From: Eledone cirrhosa
Taxonomy: Eukaryota
Reading direction: 5' to 3'
Length of the DNA: 64,000 nucleotides
NCBI GenBank assembly: GCA_964016885.1
Contig: OZ024746.1
Location: forward strand, 13,516,001 to 13,580,000
Position numbers and translations under genes: made by a program. Every line of letters starts with the position of its first letter. The stretch's first letter is position 1. Below the pieces are notes generated by a model, which had not been told where the DNA came from, did no database searches, and saw only the letters and a list, made by a program, of their open reading frames with translations. This document shows positions 12,576 through 25,727 of the stretch, piece after piece.

Positions 12576-13720
12576 TTAGAGGATCCAAGATTAATATGAG
12601 GAAGTTGTATTTAGACTGGACTACTTGCCGAAATACTTTTAATGTACTCTACTTGGTACATTGAGAGGTTAAGTAGTGGTGTAAAGTCAAATAAAAGACT
12701 GTCTACATAGGTTCCTGGGATACAATTCCATACATTTTCCATCTACCATAGTTCACTCAGGGCTTTGGTTGATTTGAGGTATCATAAGGCACTTTCCCAA
12801 GATACTGTTCAGTGTGATTAAACCCAATATATATATATATATTGACTTGGAGAAACCCTATGACAGTCCCCTGCTCCATTATCTGGTTGGCTCTTAGAAA
12901 ACTAGGAGTAGATGAGTGGCTTGTGAAAGCTATACAAGCCATGTATAGAATAATCAGCAAGGTTAGAAGGTATCATAAGGCACTTTCTCAAGATACTGCT
13001 CAGTGAGATTAAACCCAAAGCATGCACATGTAATTTCAACTTCCACACAGCCATTTCTGCGTCAGACAGGCTTGTTTTCCTGCGAATCTCTTTCATTATA
13101 CTAATTTAGAGGATATTAATAATCATCTGTTTTCAATAATGTGATTGAATTGATTGGGAACTCATTATCATTCATCTTTTAAATATCTTCAATTGTTTTA
13201 TTTATTTTTTCCCCCAGGCATCTTTTAAAAAAAAATTCAATTTTTAGTATTACAATAACATGGTATTAGCTTGCCGTGTATCAGTGATTGCACTCAGTAA
13301 ATGAATATTGATTTTGAAACAAAACAAAAAAAAAACATGACTTTTTAATCCTGTCTTCCATTAAAAAAAATGAAGTGTTCCATTTATGAGATTTAATTTT
13401 AATTCTTCAGTTAGTTTTCACCTCAGATTATTGAACATAATCTATGATATCAATATCAGATGTGGGATTCCTTTGATCTCTACATTTTCACTTTCATGAA
13501 AATGTGTGTTATTTATAATATGCTTTAATTAAATCGAATTTCATTGCTATTTAATAATTTATTAAATAGTATTTGTCAATTCATTGGAATTTATTATACT
13601 AATTAATAAATGATGTTATTGCCACTAGAGTCCATTCCTACATACAAACCAATATATGAGATTTACAGGACGTGTGGGGGCATGTAAATACAGTTATATT
13701 AAATCAAGTGGAGGGGCAAG

Positions 13721-13754
<34 letters not shown>

Positions 13755-13887
13755 ATGTGTGTCTGTTTATATATGTGTTTTTATATATATATATATATAT
13801 ATATATGTGGCTGGGAAGAGTACAACATATATATATATGTGGCTGGGAAGAGTACAACATATATATATATGTGCCTACAAGAATACA

Positions 13888-15151
13888 ATTTGGTGAGACA
13901 ATTACAAGAGAGGTTCTTAGAGAAAAATAAGCCACTATACTTAGCCTTTCTTGACCTAGAGAAGGCCTTTGATAGGGTACCCCGATCTGTCATCTGGTGG
14001 TCCCTAAGGAAACTAGGTGTTGAGGAATGGCTTGTGAGGACAATGCAAACTTTGTACAGAGGTACTGTCAGTAAAGTCAGGGTAGGAATGGAGTTTAGTA
14101 AGGAATTCTAGATACAAGTAGGAGTACATCAAGGTTCGGTCCTCAGCCCGCTCTTGTTCATTATAGTCCTCCAAGCCATAACAGAGGAATTTAAGACTGG
14201 CTGTCCATGGGAACTTCTGTGCTGACGATCTGGTTCTTATAGCAGAATCAGTAGAGGAGCTAGAGAATAAATTCTGGCTATGGAAACAGCAGTTGGAAGC
14301 AAGAGGACTGAGAGTGAACCTAGCTAAGACAAAAATGTTGAGTAATAACCATGTTCGATATGCAGAAAAGGAACTGGCATAAATTCTATAAAATGCACAC
14401 AATGCAGATCCTGGGTACACAAGAGATGTAGTGGGATAGCAGGCAAACTAACAGGTAGGGAGAAATATGTATGCGGTAGGTGTACAGGGAAATTAGACAG
14501 TAGAAGTCGCATTGATGACACATTTTTCAAATGCAGGCGGGTGCTATAGAAGTGGTGGATAGCTTTCAGTACCTAGGAGATCAGATTAGCATGGAAGGGG
14601 GATGTTCCGAGGTCATAGTATCTAGAATAAGGACGGGTTGGAAGAAGTTTAGGGAGCTGCTTCCTCTCCCTGGGTAGGAAAGGCTGGTTATATGATGCCT
14701 GTGTGAGGAGCGCGATGCTGCATGGTAGTGAGACATGGGCAGCAACTGCAGAGGATAGGCAACGGCTGGAGAGAAATGAGGCAAGCATGCTCCGTTGGAT
14801 GTGCAATGCCAATGTGCGTGAACGACCCAGCAGAAATGTGTTGAGAGAGAAACTGTGTCTGAGAGGGATAGCATGTGTGCGAGAGAGGAGACTGAGGTGG
14901 TACGGACATGTGATGCGCATGGAGGATGACCGATGGGTGAAGAAGTGCCAGGAAATGCCAGTTGAGGGAAGACGTGGTAGAGGTAGACCACGAAAAACAT
15001 GGGCGGAGGTGGTGAGAACAGACCTCAGATGGCTGAAGCTCACGGTGGAGATGACGAAGGACCGTGACGAGTGGAGAGATGCTGTGCTGAATAAGACCCG
15101 TCCCACCCTTGCAAGCATGGAAAAGCAGACGTAAAATGATGATGATGATGA
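13888..15151 (+). mobile_element. 5'-truncated RTE-clade LINE (PHD-in-RT family)
   Basis: LVRQLQERFLEKNKPLYLAFLDLEKAFDRVPR, GVHQGSVLSP, (Y)ADDLVL, C4HC3 insert at 14352-14483, LRWYGHVMRM and GRGRPRKTW, ending in GCAAGCATGGAAAAGCAGACGTAAA(ATG)n. It has a few stops and frameshifts. Confidence 0.95.
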
Positions 15152-15254
15152 TACATATACACACATATATACAGCTTGGTGCCACGGTTGATATATATAT
15201 ATATATCGACCGTGGCACCAAGCTGTATATATTTGTGTGTATATGTATATATGG

Positions 15255-18100
15255 AGGCTATGGGTTTGGTACTAGAAATGAGGAAGGCTCCAGAATCCTG
15301 GAATTCTGTGACGCAAATAACCTAACTCTGTAACACTAACTTCAAAAAACGAAACAATCACTTGATCACCTATAGATCAGGGGAACATGCCAGTCAGATA
15401 GATTATATCCTTACCAGAAGACGTGATAGAGTGTCTGTTGTAAACACTAAATCCCTTCCCACCCATGAAGAATGCACCTCCCAACATAGACTCATAGTCA
15501 GCGACCTCATAGTCAGGACAAGACGTACTTGACAACAGAGGAGGACTATCCTCAGGAGAAAAATATGGAAGCTAAAGGACCCCACAGCCAGTAATAAATT
15601 TAAAAGCATATTACTTGATGCTTTTGACAGTAAGGAAGGGCAATTAGAGTCGTACAATATAGAGGAACAGTGGGAATTCCTGAAAGCTAACCTGCTGAAG
15701 GCGGCAGATGAAGTCTGTGGCTGGAGCAGACCTATAGGCAGGAGGAGAGTAACATGGTGGTGGAACAGTAAGGTGGAGGAGTCAATTAAGGCCAAAAAGC
15801 AGGCTTGGAAAGTATGGGGGAAGTAGAGAAGACTATCAAGTGGCCAGGAGGGAAGCTAGGAGACAAGTGTACTTCGTAAGAAGAGAAGCAGAGGAAAGAA
15901 AGTTCAAGCATGTTCTACAACGCGAGGACCAAAAACGTGAGGTGTTCAGGATTGCTAGGCAATGTGTCAAGGAAAACCCTGATATTGTCGGGGAGAAGTG
16001 TGTCCTTAATGATGATGGTGTACTTGCCATCACTGACGCTGATAAGAAGGTAGCTTGGAAGTGTCACTACGGAAGGCTACTGAATGAGGAGAATAAATGG
16101 GAGAAAGACAGTCTCCCCCACATCGATCCAATAGAGGGACCAGCAGTGCTAGTTGATGGTAGTATAATAAGGCAATCAAAGATATGAAGACAGGTAAGGC
16201 GGCTGGGCCTTCGGAAATAGCTGCTGAAATGCTGAAAGCATCTGGAATGGTGGGACACACTATGGTCACCCGGATAGTAAACCAAGTCATACAGAATGGG
16301 GTCGTTCCGAAGGACTGGCGTAGCAGCATCATCATTAACTGCTACAATGGTAAAGGAGATGCCCTAGATAGGGGTAACTATAGAGGCATTAAATTAATCG
16401 ACCAGGTCATGAAGGTCACAGAAAAAGTAATAGCGCAACTAATCAGAGAGCGAATTGATCTAGATGAAATGCAGTTTGGGTTTGTGTCAGGTAAAAGTAC
16501 CACAGACGCTCTTTTCATTGTACGGCAACTACAGGAGTAGTACCTAGCTAAAAGTAAACCCCTATACTTAGCTTTTGTCGACTTGGAGAAAGCATTTGAC
16601 AGTCCCCCGCTCCATTATCTGGTGAGCTCTTAGAAAACTAGGTGTTGATGAATGGCTTGTGAAAGCTATACAAGCCATGTATAAAGAAACACTCAGCAAG
16701 GTTAGAATTAACAACGAATATAGTGAAGAGTTTAGCATAAAAGTTGTTCATCAGGGCTCCGTTCTTAGCCCCCTACTATTTATTATTGCCCTTCAGGCTA
16801 TAACAGGATTTCAAGACCGGCTCCCCATGAGAACTCCTATACGCAGATGATCTAACGCTCATTACTGAATCAATGGCTGAACTAGAGAAGACATTTCAAA
16901 CATGGAAGCATAGCCTAGAATCAAAAGGCCTTAAAATTAACCTGTCTAAGACTAAAGTTCTAGTTTGTAGGAAGGAAAATAGGGCACCAGTCCTATCTGG
17001 GAAATGGTCATGCTCAGTGTGTAGGAAAGGAGTAGGCAGAAACTCCATTTTATGTCTCAAATGCAAAGTATGGGTGCATAAAAGATGTAGTGGGATCACA
17101 GGTAAGCTAACTAAGAATATAGATTTTATATGTGGCCGGTGCTCTGGTGCAATAAGTAGCAGCAAGTGCCCACAGAATACTAGCTCATTCCATTGCACAG
17201 ATGGTTCTATAGAAATAGTGGACACCTTCCATTACCTGGGTGACAAAATTAGCAGTGGTGGAGGGTGCTCTGAAAGTACAGTAGTCAGAACGGGATGGAA
17301 AAAGTTCAGAGAGCTTATACCACTATTAGCCGCTAACGGGTTCTCTCAAAAAATGAAAGGCAGGCTGTATGATGCCTGCATACGAACAGCAATGCTACAT
17401 GGCAGTGAGACTTGAGCATTGTGTGCAGAGGATATACGCAGACTGGAGAGAAACGAAGCTTGCATGCTCCACTGGATGTGTAATAGTAATATACGTGAAC
17501 GGCAAAGCATAAACGAACTAAGGGAGAAATTAGGAATAAGAGGGATCAGATGTTGTTTACTCGAGAGAAGACTACGTTGGTACGGTCACGTGATGCCCAT
17601 GAAAGACCCAGAAAAACCTGGGACGACTTGATAAATTCCGACCTCACACACTTACACAAGACAATGTCACTGGATCGAGATCTTTGGCGCTACACAGTAA
17701 TACAGAAGACCCGCCTTGCCTAAGTACAAAGCGAAACCTACAGTCAGTAGGCACCTCTAACAAAAACACACCCCCGTCCCACTACCACCACCCCATCCAC
17801 ACCACCCCTTTCAATGTAAAGTTATGTTGGTACCACAACATCCAGTCCGGAACATGAGGTCGTGTAGGTGTCACGACAAAAAAACACAGTCCACGCTGTA
17901 ATGTGGCTGTGTAGGTAACACGGTAAAAACCTCCCAGTCCACACTGTAAACGTGGTTGGTGTTAGGAAAGGCATCCAGCCGTAGAAAACCCGCCAGACAG
18001 TCCTATACGAGCAAGACAACCAATCTAGCTTCAAGTGGGAAAATTCCCGTCCAAACCCATGTAAGCGTGGAAGATGGACGTTAAATGATGATGATGATGA
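15255..18100 (+). mobile_element. RTE-clade LINE, 5'-truncated within the APE endonuclease (PHD-in-RT family)
   Basis: Endonuclease C-terminus GGYGFGTRNEEGSRILEFC...SQIDYIL, RT motifs (GKAAGPSEIAAEML, NYRGIKL, QFGF, YADDL), C4HC3 insert at 17011-17142 and LRWYGHV. The 3' region ends in an (ATG)n tail at 18100. Multiple disablements are present. Confidence 0.95.
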
Positions 18101-18344
18101 TATATGTGTGTGTCATCATCATGATCGTTTAACGTCTATCTTCCATGCTAGCATGGGTTTAGACGGTGTGTGTGTGTATGTATGTATGTGTGTATATGTG
18201 TGTATTTGTATATATGAGTATATATATATGTATGTAATTGTGTGTGTATGTATATATGTGTATATATATGAGTATATATATGTATATATATATATATATG
18301 AGTATATATATGTGTATGTATGTAATTATGTGTGTATATATACA

Positions 18345-19255
18345 TGTTGGCATGAGGGTTTGTGGAAGGTAATGAAGGATTATAACTTTATCAACGTCAT
18401 TCAATTAATTAAAGCACTGTATGACAACTCACAGTACAGTTCTGAATAACAACACTGGAGAATTCTTCAGGTCAACTGGGAGTTTGACAAGGGAGTCTCC
18501 TTTCTCCAATGCTTTTCAACATCTTCCTGGAAAACATACAAGAAACTCTCCAAGACATCCACACCTCAGTTTCCATTGGAGGACGACCCATTGCCAACCT
18601 GCGATATTGACTTGTTAGGAAGCAGTGAAGTAGAATCCCTGGAGCTCACTACCTGACTGGGAAAAGTATCAGAAGCAAGTGGAATGGAGATCAGCTCAGA
18701 AAAGAGCAAGATTCTGGTTATTCATCAGAATGCAGCAAACAAAATTATGCTGAACAGAGGAAGACTTGAAGAAATTGTGACTTTCAAGTACCTAGGATCC
18801 ACTCTGACCAAAGATGGCAGATCTCAAAAGGGAGTACTAACAAGTTTGTCTGTTCACTTTTGCCATCGTAAAGTTGAACGTCATATGGAGAAGCAACTCC
18901 ATCAGTTTTCGAACGAGGCTCTAACTATATAACTATATGTTATTGGTGACTTTGTTCCTTTTGTATTGATGTGAGAGTTGAACTCTCACAGCTGACATGG
19001 AATGAAGAATCCAGTCATTTTAGCACACGTGCTTCAGAAGGATGCTACACATCCTGTACATGGAGCACAACACAAACAGCTTTGTCAGGCAGCAAGTTTA
19101 CAAACATCCTGACAGACAGCAACCACTCCTTCTGATAATGAAAAGATGGACACTTGTTTGGTTTGGTCATATATCCTGCCACAACTCCTAGTACAAAATC
19201 ATCCTTCAGGGCACAATCGAGGGAGGGCGAAGGAGAGGAAGACAGAAAATGTTGG
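18345..19255 (+). mobile_element. Degenerate RTE-type LINE fragment, second family without the Cys insert
   Basis: WHEGLWKVM...LIKALYDN, GMEISSEKSKILV...LEEIVTFKYLGSTLTKDG, WFGH and ILQGTIEGGRRRGRQ. Confidence 0.85.
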
Positions 19256-19429
19256 TTTTGTTTCCACATCCATGTCAGGACAGTTCCGGAATGGCTCTGT
19301 GATTTTCAGACACTTAAGGACTTTGTCCATACTGGCATCTTTCCGTATCAATATCAGGACAGTTTTGGAATGGTTCTGTGGTTTTTAGGACTTAGTCCAT
19401 ACAGGCATCTTCTGACCACACATCATTTT

Positions 19430-20192
19430 TAGATTATACTATCCAATGAACTTGAGACCTTGCTGGGCACCCTGATGCCTGCCAACCAGAATAAATTATC
19501 TTTTAAAAAATACATGCCCTGATTAGGGACAGAAACAACGTTGTTCACTATCTGAAACGCAATATAGGCCCTCATTTCTGAAGCAGTTGTTTTGCCATTT
19601 TTGATCAGGGCCTTCCGTTTCACCATATTTGTTGTTTCGATCGCCAGCAAACCGAACAAATATTTGTAAGAAAAAAAAATCTTGCTTTTTCTTCTCAGCA
19701 TCCAAAATATTTACTGCGCCAGAATTTCCTCTGAATATATCAACTTCAGAAAATTGATCACTCCATCTCAATGTGGGTTCGCTATTATCTTCATTTTCAC
19801 TTGAATTCATTGATATATCATCATCAGAGTCGGATTCTGACATTAAATCAATGTCTGGTAAATTCTGTTCATTTTCAATAAAAGAATCATATTTCTTTTG
19901 TGCTACAACTAAATCAGTGTCAGTAAAACCTTGGAAAAATGTTCTGCTTTGACTTCTGTTGCCATATTTGTTGATATAAATTATCAAACTGTGTTGCTGT
20001 CTTTATAAAACACTCCACGATTGGTTTAAACTAAAAATAGCTTAATTCATCCAATCACTGAGTAGTTTACATCAGGAATGAGTACCCCTCAGACCACGGC
20101 TATGTATGTAAAACACAAAGAAGTTTTCTCATGCTTCGACTTTCATTGACATTTTAATGTCTTTAGTACAGTCGCAGTTAGGGGGCAAGGGG
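19430..20192 (-). mobile_element. piggyBac-like transposon 5' remnant
   Basis: The minus-strand end reads TTAA|CCCCTTGCCCCC (TTAA at 20193-96). The acidic N-terminus SESDSDDDISMNSSENED...W...F.G..G...DFF and LLAIETTN...TTASEMRAYIAFQI resemble the PGBD transposase N-terminal region. It is frameshifted. Confidence 0.75.
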
Positions 20193-20746
20193 TTAAACAA
20201 TTTGAAACGTTTATATGGACACCATATCATCCACTAGATGTCTCAAATCATAAGGGTAAATTTTAGAGTTACAATGTACATGTAGGAAGATATCCCACTC
20301 CCACTCAGTTTGTGACACTAATGGCACATATTAAACAACTTGAAACATTTAAATGGACATCATATCATCCACTGGATATCTCAAGTCATAAGGGTAAATT
20401 TGACAATAGAAGAGATCCATGAGATCGGTTAACCCCGCTTGGAGAGACAGTTGCTTCCGTCCGACAGGACCCACTGGAAGGCGTGCTTGAAGACTCTGCC
20501 CCCATGACCCTCTCAGGAAATTGTGGGTAGACACATCAAACTGGACCAACATGTCTTGAGTGATTTCAATGTCCCCAATATCATCAACATTTTAAGGAAT
20601 GTTGTAACTTGAATAAAGATGAGCAAAATCCCTTCTAGACTTTTCCATCTTTATCCATTGTGACATTTACTCACTACTTGGTGTTATATATAAAGTACCA
20701 GTAATGTACTGGGTAATTTCTGGCCTTGTGCCAATAGTAGAAACAG

Positions 20747-20789
<43 letters not shown>

Positions 20790-21074
20790 CATAATCATCA
20801 TCATTTAATGTCTATTTTCCATGCTAGCATGAATTAGATGGGTTTGTCCCATTAGATGCAAGTTGGGTCAGGTGACCATCTTGCTCATATAGGACTGTTT
20901 CTGGCTTGGTTTCTACAGCTGGATGCCCTTCCTAATGCCACCCTCAGTGTGTGCTGGGTGCTTTTTGTTGTCTCCTACATGACCACTTTACAGTGTGGGT
21001 TGGATGTTTTTGTGATACTAGCATAACTTTTCAGTGTAAGGGTGGTGTGGGCAGAAGTGGGAGGTGGTGTGGGG

Positions 21075-21275
21075 GTATATATTTATATATATATATATAT
21101 GTGTGTGTGTATGTGAATGTATATGTGTGTGTGTGTATGTGAATGTGTATATATATATATATGTGTGTATGTGAATGTGTGTGTATGTGAATGTATATAT
21201 GTGTGTATGTGAATGTATATATATGTGTGTGTGAATGTATATATATATGTGTGTGTGTGTGTGTGTATGTGAATG

Positions 21276-21310
<35 letters not shown>

Positions 21311-21319
21311 ATGTGAATG

Positions 21320-21352
<33 letters not shown>

Positions 21353-21898
21353 ATGTGAATGTATATATATATATATATGTGTGTGTATGTGAATGTATAT
21401 ATATATATATGTGTGTGTGTATGTGAATGTATATATATATATATGTGTGTGTGTATGTGAATGTATATATATATATATATGTGTGTGTATGTGAATGTAT
21501 ATATATATATATGTGTGTGTGTGTATGTGAATGTATATATATATGTGTGTGTGTATGTGAATGTATATATATATATATATGTGTGTGTATGTGAATGTAT
21601 ATATATATATATATATGTGTGTGTGTATGTGAATGTATATATATATATATATGTGTGTGTGTATGTGAATGTATATATATATATATATATATATGTGTGT
21701 ATGTGAATGTATATATATATATATGTGTGTGTGTATGTGAATGTATATATATATGTGTGTGTGTATGTGAATGTATATATATATGTGTGTGTGTATGTGA
21801 ATGTATATATATATATGTGTGTGTGTATGTGAATGTATATATATATATATGTGTGTGTATGTGAATGTATATATATATATATGTGTGTGTGTATGTGA

Positions 21899-21944
<46 letters not shown>

Positions 21945-21953
21945 ATGTGAATG

Positions 21954-21984
<31 letters not shown>

Positions 21985-22275
21985 ATGTGAATGTATATAT
22001 ATGTGTGTGTATGTGAATGTATATATATATGTGTGTATGTGAATGTATATATATATATATATATATGTGTGTGTATGTGAATGTATATATATATATGTGT
22101 GTGTGTGTGTATATGTGAATGTTTATGTATATATATATATGTGTGTGTGTGTGTATATGTTTATGTATATATATATATATGTGTGTGTGTGTGTATATGT
22201 GAATGTATATGTATATATATATATATATGTGTGTATATGTGAATGTATATGTATATATATGTGTGTGTGTGTGAA

Positions 22276-22315
<40 letters not shown>
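21075..22315. repeat. Compound micro/minisatellite [(TA)n(TG)n GTATGTGAAT]n
   Basis: Dozens of GTATGTGAATG anchors are separated by variable TA/TG tracts. Confidence 0.97.
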
Positions 22316-22316
<1 letters not shown>

Positions 22317-23097
22317 CTATTTGGTTGCTACTCATATCAAATAAAGTGACTACATAGATAAACCCTTTCAATTTGCTAGTGGTAATGAGTTTTTGGAAAA
22401 GAATTGTAAATACCTGAAACTGTCTGGCATAGTTGCCAGACTTTTAAGTTCAGATCTTGTTCAACAAAATACCATCCATAATAGGGTGGTGGGGGATTCA
22501 GTGAATTTGTGATATTGGCTTGTGTGTGTAGTTACAAGAAATCAATACTTTTAGTATAGTCTAACAGCTTTTTTGACATCTGTCAATAACTCAACAAATG
22601 AATTCTGATAGCTGTTATATGAAAATTGATTTATTGCTATCACCTACAAATAGAATAGTCTTGGTTTTTTTCTGTATTAATACACCAACTCCAAACATTT
22701 AAGGCTATTATTCTGCTAATGAAGCCTTAGCTGCATGACAAGTTTAATTATATTGTGGAGTCTTTTCTGGGGCAATGTTTTATGATTGGATGTCCCTCCT
22801 GGCATTAACTCTTTCATCGCTTCTTACAAGACAAACTTCCATTTTCTAAAAATAACTCATTATTGTTTTGGGCGAGCTCCTTATTCTTTGTTCTGTTTCA
22901 ACATTCAGCCTCCACACTTATATAAAATGGAATCTAGGAAGTGGAGTATATTTGTGAATATTTCTACTCTTACATTCTCCTGTTCTCTGTCTAGTGCCAT
23001 TTCATCCTTGATGCATCAGTGTTTGTTCCACATATATTACATTTTATGGTTTGACATTTCAGAAGAGAAATTATTTTATTAGTGATGTCAGTGTGTA

Positions 23098-23319
23098 GGG
23101 TGGTAGATTGGTAGTATCGGTAGAGTGTTGGACAACATGCTTTGTGGCATATAGTTGCCGCCCTTTACGTTCTGAGTTCAAATTCAGTCGAGGTTAGTTT
23201 TGCCTTTCATCCTTATCAGGTCAATAAAATAAAGTACCAGTAATGTACTAGGATCAATTTTAATCAATTTTCCTCTTCCTTCAAATTGCTTGTCTTTTGC
23301 TAAAAGTAGAAACAATTAT
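23098..23319 (+). mobile_element. SINE family 1 copy
   Basis: Head, B-box GAGTTCAAATTC, core GCCTTTCATCCTTA...AATAAAGTACCAG and tail AAAAGTAGAAACAATTA. Confidence 0.85.
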
Positions 23320-23934
23320 TACTGATGTCTGTCTATAGGTGTGGTGGTCATTGATATTTTAAAATATATATTTACTATACTTGTGTTGGCAGCATTCACC
23401 CAGGATAGGTAGACAGCTGCAACTAGTGTATCCACAGTATCGTGAACAGAGCCTCCTTCCCAATACTCAATGATATTGTCAGTCACTCATGATTCCAATG
23501 GTGGACACTATATGAGTTCAGATATTATTTCAAAATCCGATTTGATCATGCCAATCCCTATTTTCAGTTATCCACCTTTAGTCCATTCCAGGAAGGACTA
23601 GGTTGTAATGGCATTTAGAATGTGTTCATTTTGTGGACAATGGAGTGTGACCAAATCAATGTAAATGTTAAAGAGTTCAACTTGTAGCAAAGTTTATTAA
23701 GCATTCCCCATTGATGCAATGATCACTGGCTTACAACTTAGCAAGGGTCCATTTATTGCTTGTATCATCTTTTCCTGTGTGAGTGTAGCATTTATCTGCA
23801 GCATTGAGCAGATACAGAAATTTTTAGGCGAGCATTTTGTAGTGTTTTAGCATCATACTCATATTTAGTGGTGTTAGTGCTGCAACAAGGATGCATGGGA
23901 GGTGATCATGCCATATGGAGCATCATTTTTGGGC

Positions 23935-24248
23935 AGTTGTAGTTTAACTCCAACTGACCTCAGCTGTCCAGCACTGGTAGTACAGTTGTAGCTTAACCCC
24001 AGCTGTCCAGCACTGACAGTACAGTTGCAGCTGTCCAGCATTGGCAATACTGTTGTAGCTTTACCCCAGCTGTCCAGCACTGGCTGTACAATTGTAGCTT
24101 AATCCCAGCTGTCCAGCACTGGCAATACAGTTGTAGCTTAACCCCAGCTGTCCAGCACTGGCAATACAGTTGTAGCTTAACCCCAACTGTCCAGCACTGG
24201 TGATGATACAGTTGTAGCTTAACCCCAGCTGTCCAGAACTGGCAATAT
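23935..24248. repeat. About 39-bp minisatellite
   Basis: CAGCTGTCCAGCACTGGCAATACAGTTGTAGCTTAACCC repeated about 8 times with variants. Confidence 0.95.
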
Positions 24249-24874
24249 CAAACCTAGATACACCCAAATGTTTCATTTCTTTAAGAGAATGTATGTAACT
24301 GAAAGACGTAATTTATTTTTCACGTTTTTCATTTTGATATAGACTGGAGGGTTATGCACATGTCTACAGGTTCATAAATGGTTAAAAGCAGTATTTTTAC
24401 AGTTTAATTTAAATATCAACTATTGCATCATTTAAACTTGATTTTTTTCCCCCTTTTTTTAATTATTACATTGTTACTTAAAAAATTAACAAAAATCTAA
24501 AAAGTATGCTTTAGATTCCTTTTCTTCACATTTTAATATTTTTGTTTTTTATTTATATTTCTTTCTTGTTTGTTAAATCAGTGATTTCTTTACATCACTG
24601 AAATTTTTAGTTTCTAAGAAAGATAAAAATGTTATTTTTATTTAATAAAAAAAAAAAATTTTTGAAAAAAAAAAAAAATTTGCTTTTTAAAATTTGAAAG
24701 AATGCTCTCCTTTTGGTTTGCTTTGTATTAACACAGAAACAAAACAATTGCATTTTCTATTTTCTACATTAACTTATTAACTCTAACTGTAAGTTCTTAG
24801 CTAATTCACTCTACCCTCTTGTTTATAATCTGACTATAGTGATCAATAGACATTCAATTTCAGCTAAATCTACT

Positions 24875-25068
24875 TTAACCCTTTTGATACCAACCCTGCC
24901 CAAAACCTCTTCTGTTTCCAAGAAACAAAAGCACCCACCTAAATTAAAACCTCACAGTTTTATAACATTTTATTTTACAAATACCCTAATTTTAGTAAAC
25001 CCTTCCCAAATCTTTCATTAATTAAAATACTGTATTTTTAATGAAATACTTTGTAACGAAAGGGTTAA
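24875..25068. mobile_element. TTAA-flanked MITE (piggyBac-like ends); related ends at about 27708, 28987 and 32095
   Basis: TTAA|CCCTTTTGATAC ... GTAACGAAAGGG|TTAA terminal inverted repeats. Confidence 0.75.
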
Positions 25069-25399
25069 TGTACTGAAGAAAAACATAAAAAAATAATAAA
25101 ATGATGTTCAGCTCCATTTTCATACATTTCAGCTTAACAGTTAATTAAACATACATTAAATGTATTGATATTGTAAATTTTTAGTATTTGTTAAATTAAA
25201 TTGTGGCTGGTGTGTAAAATAAGATATAATTTTGTGTGAAAAAAAAAACAAACAACATATTTCAACCTTTGTTCAAACAGAAATACATATTGTCACCTTG
25301 ATATTTGAAAAGTTAAGTTTGTAGATTCACTAGTTTATTTACAAAGGCGATGTAACCTTATGAATTCCATGAGTGATATTTAAATTCTCTCTACTAGCA

Positions 25400-25590
25400 A
25401 TTAACATATATCTGGTATATTTATCATGTATCTGGTATATTTAACAAGTATCTGGTATATTTAACAAGTATCTGGTATATTTAACAAGTATCTAGTATAT
25501 TTAACATGTATCTAGTATATTTAACATGTATCTAGTATATTTAATATGTATCTAGTATATTTAACATATATCTAGTATAATTAACATATT
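25400..25590. repeat. 20-bp tandem repeat
   Basis: TTAACA(A/T)GTATCT(G/A)GTATAT about 9 times. Confidence 0.95.
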
Positions 25591-25727
25591 ACGACAACAT
25601 TTAATCTAATGATACTCATTGTCAGTTTGTAGACAATATCATTTCAAATCTGTTAGCTGTACTGTTGTAGTGATAATAATGATCAATAAGCTAGGGTAGT
25701 AACTTGAGTTGCATTCATCACTATAAA

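Noticed and set aside
10262-24248. CRISPR-like reading of the 36/51-bp and 39-bp arrays
   Set aside because: There are no unique spacers or cas genes, and the context is eukaryotic.
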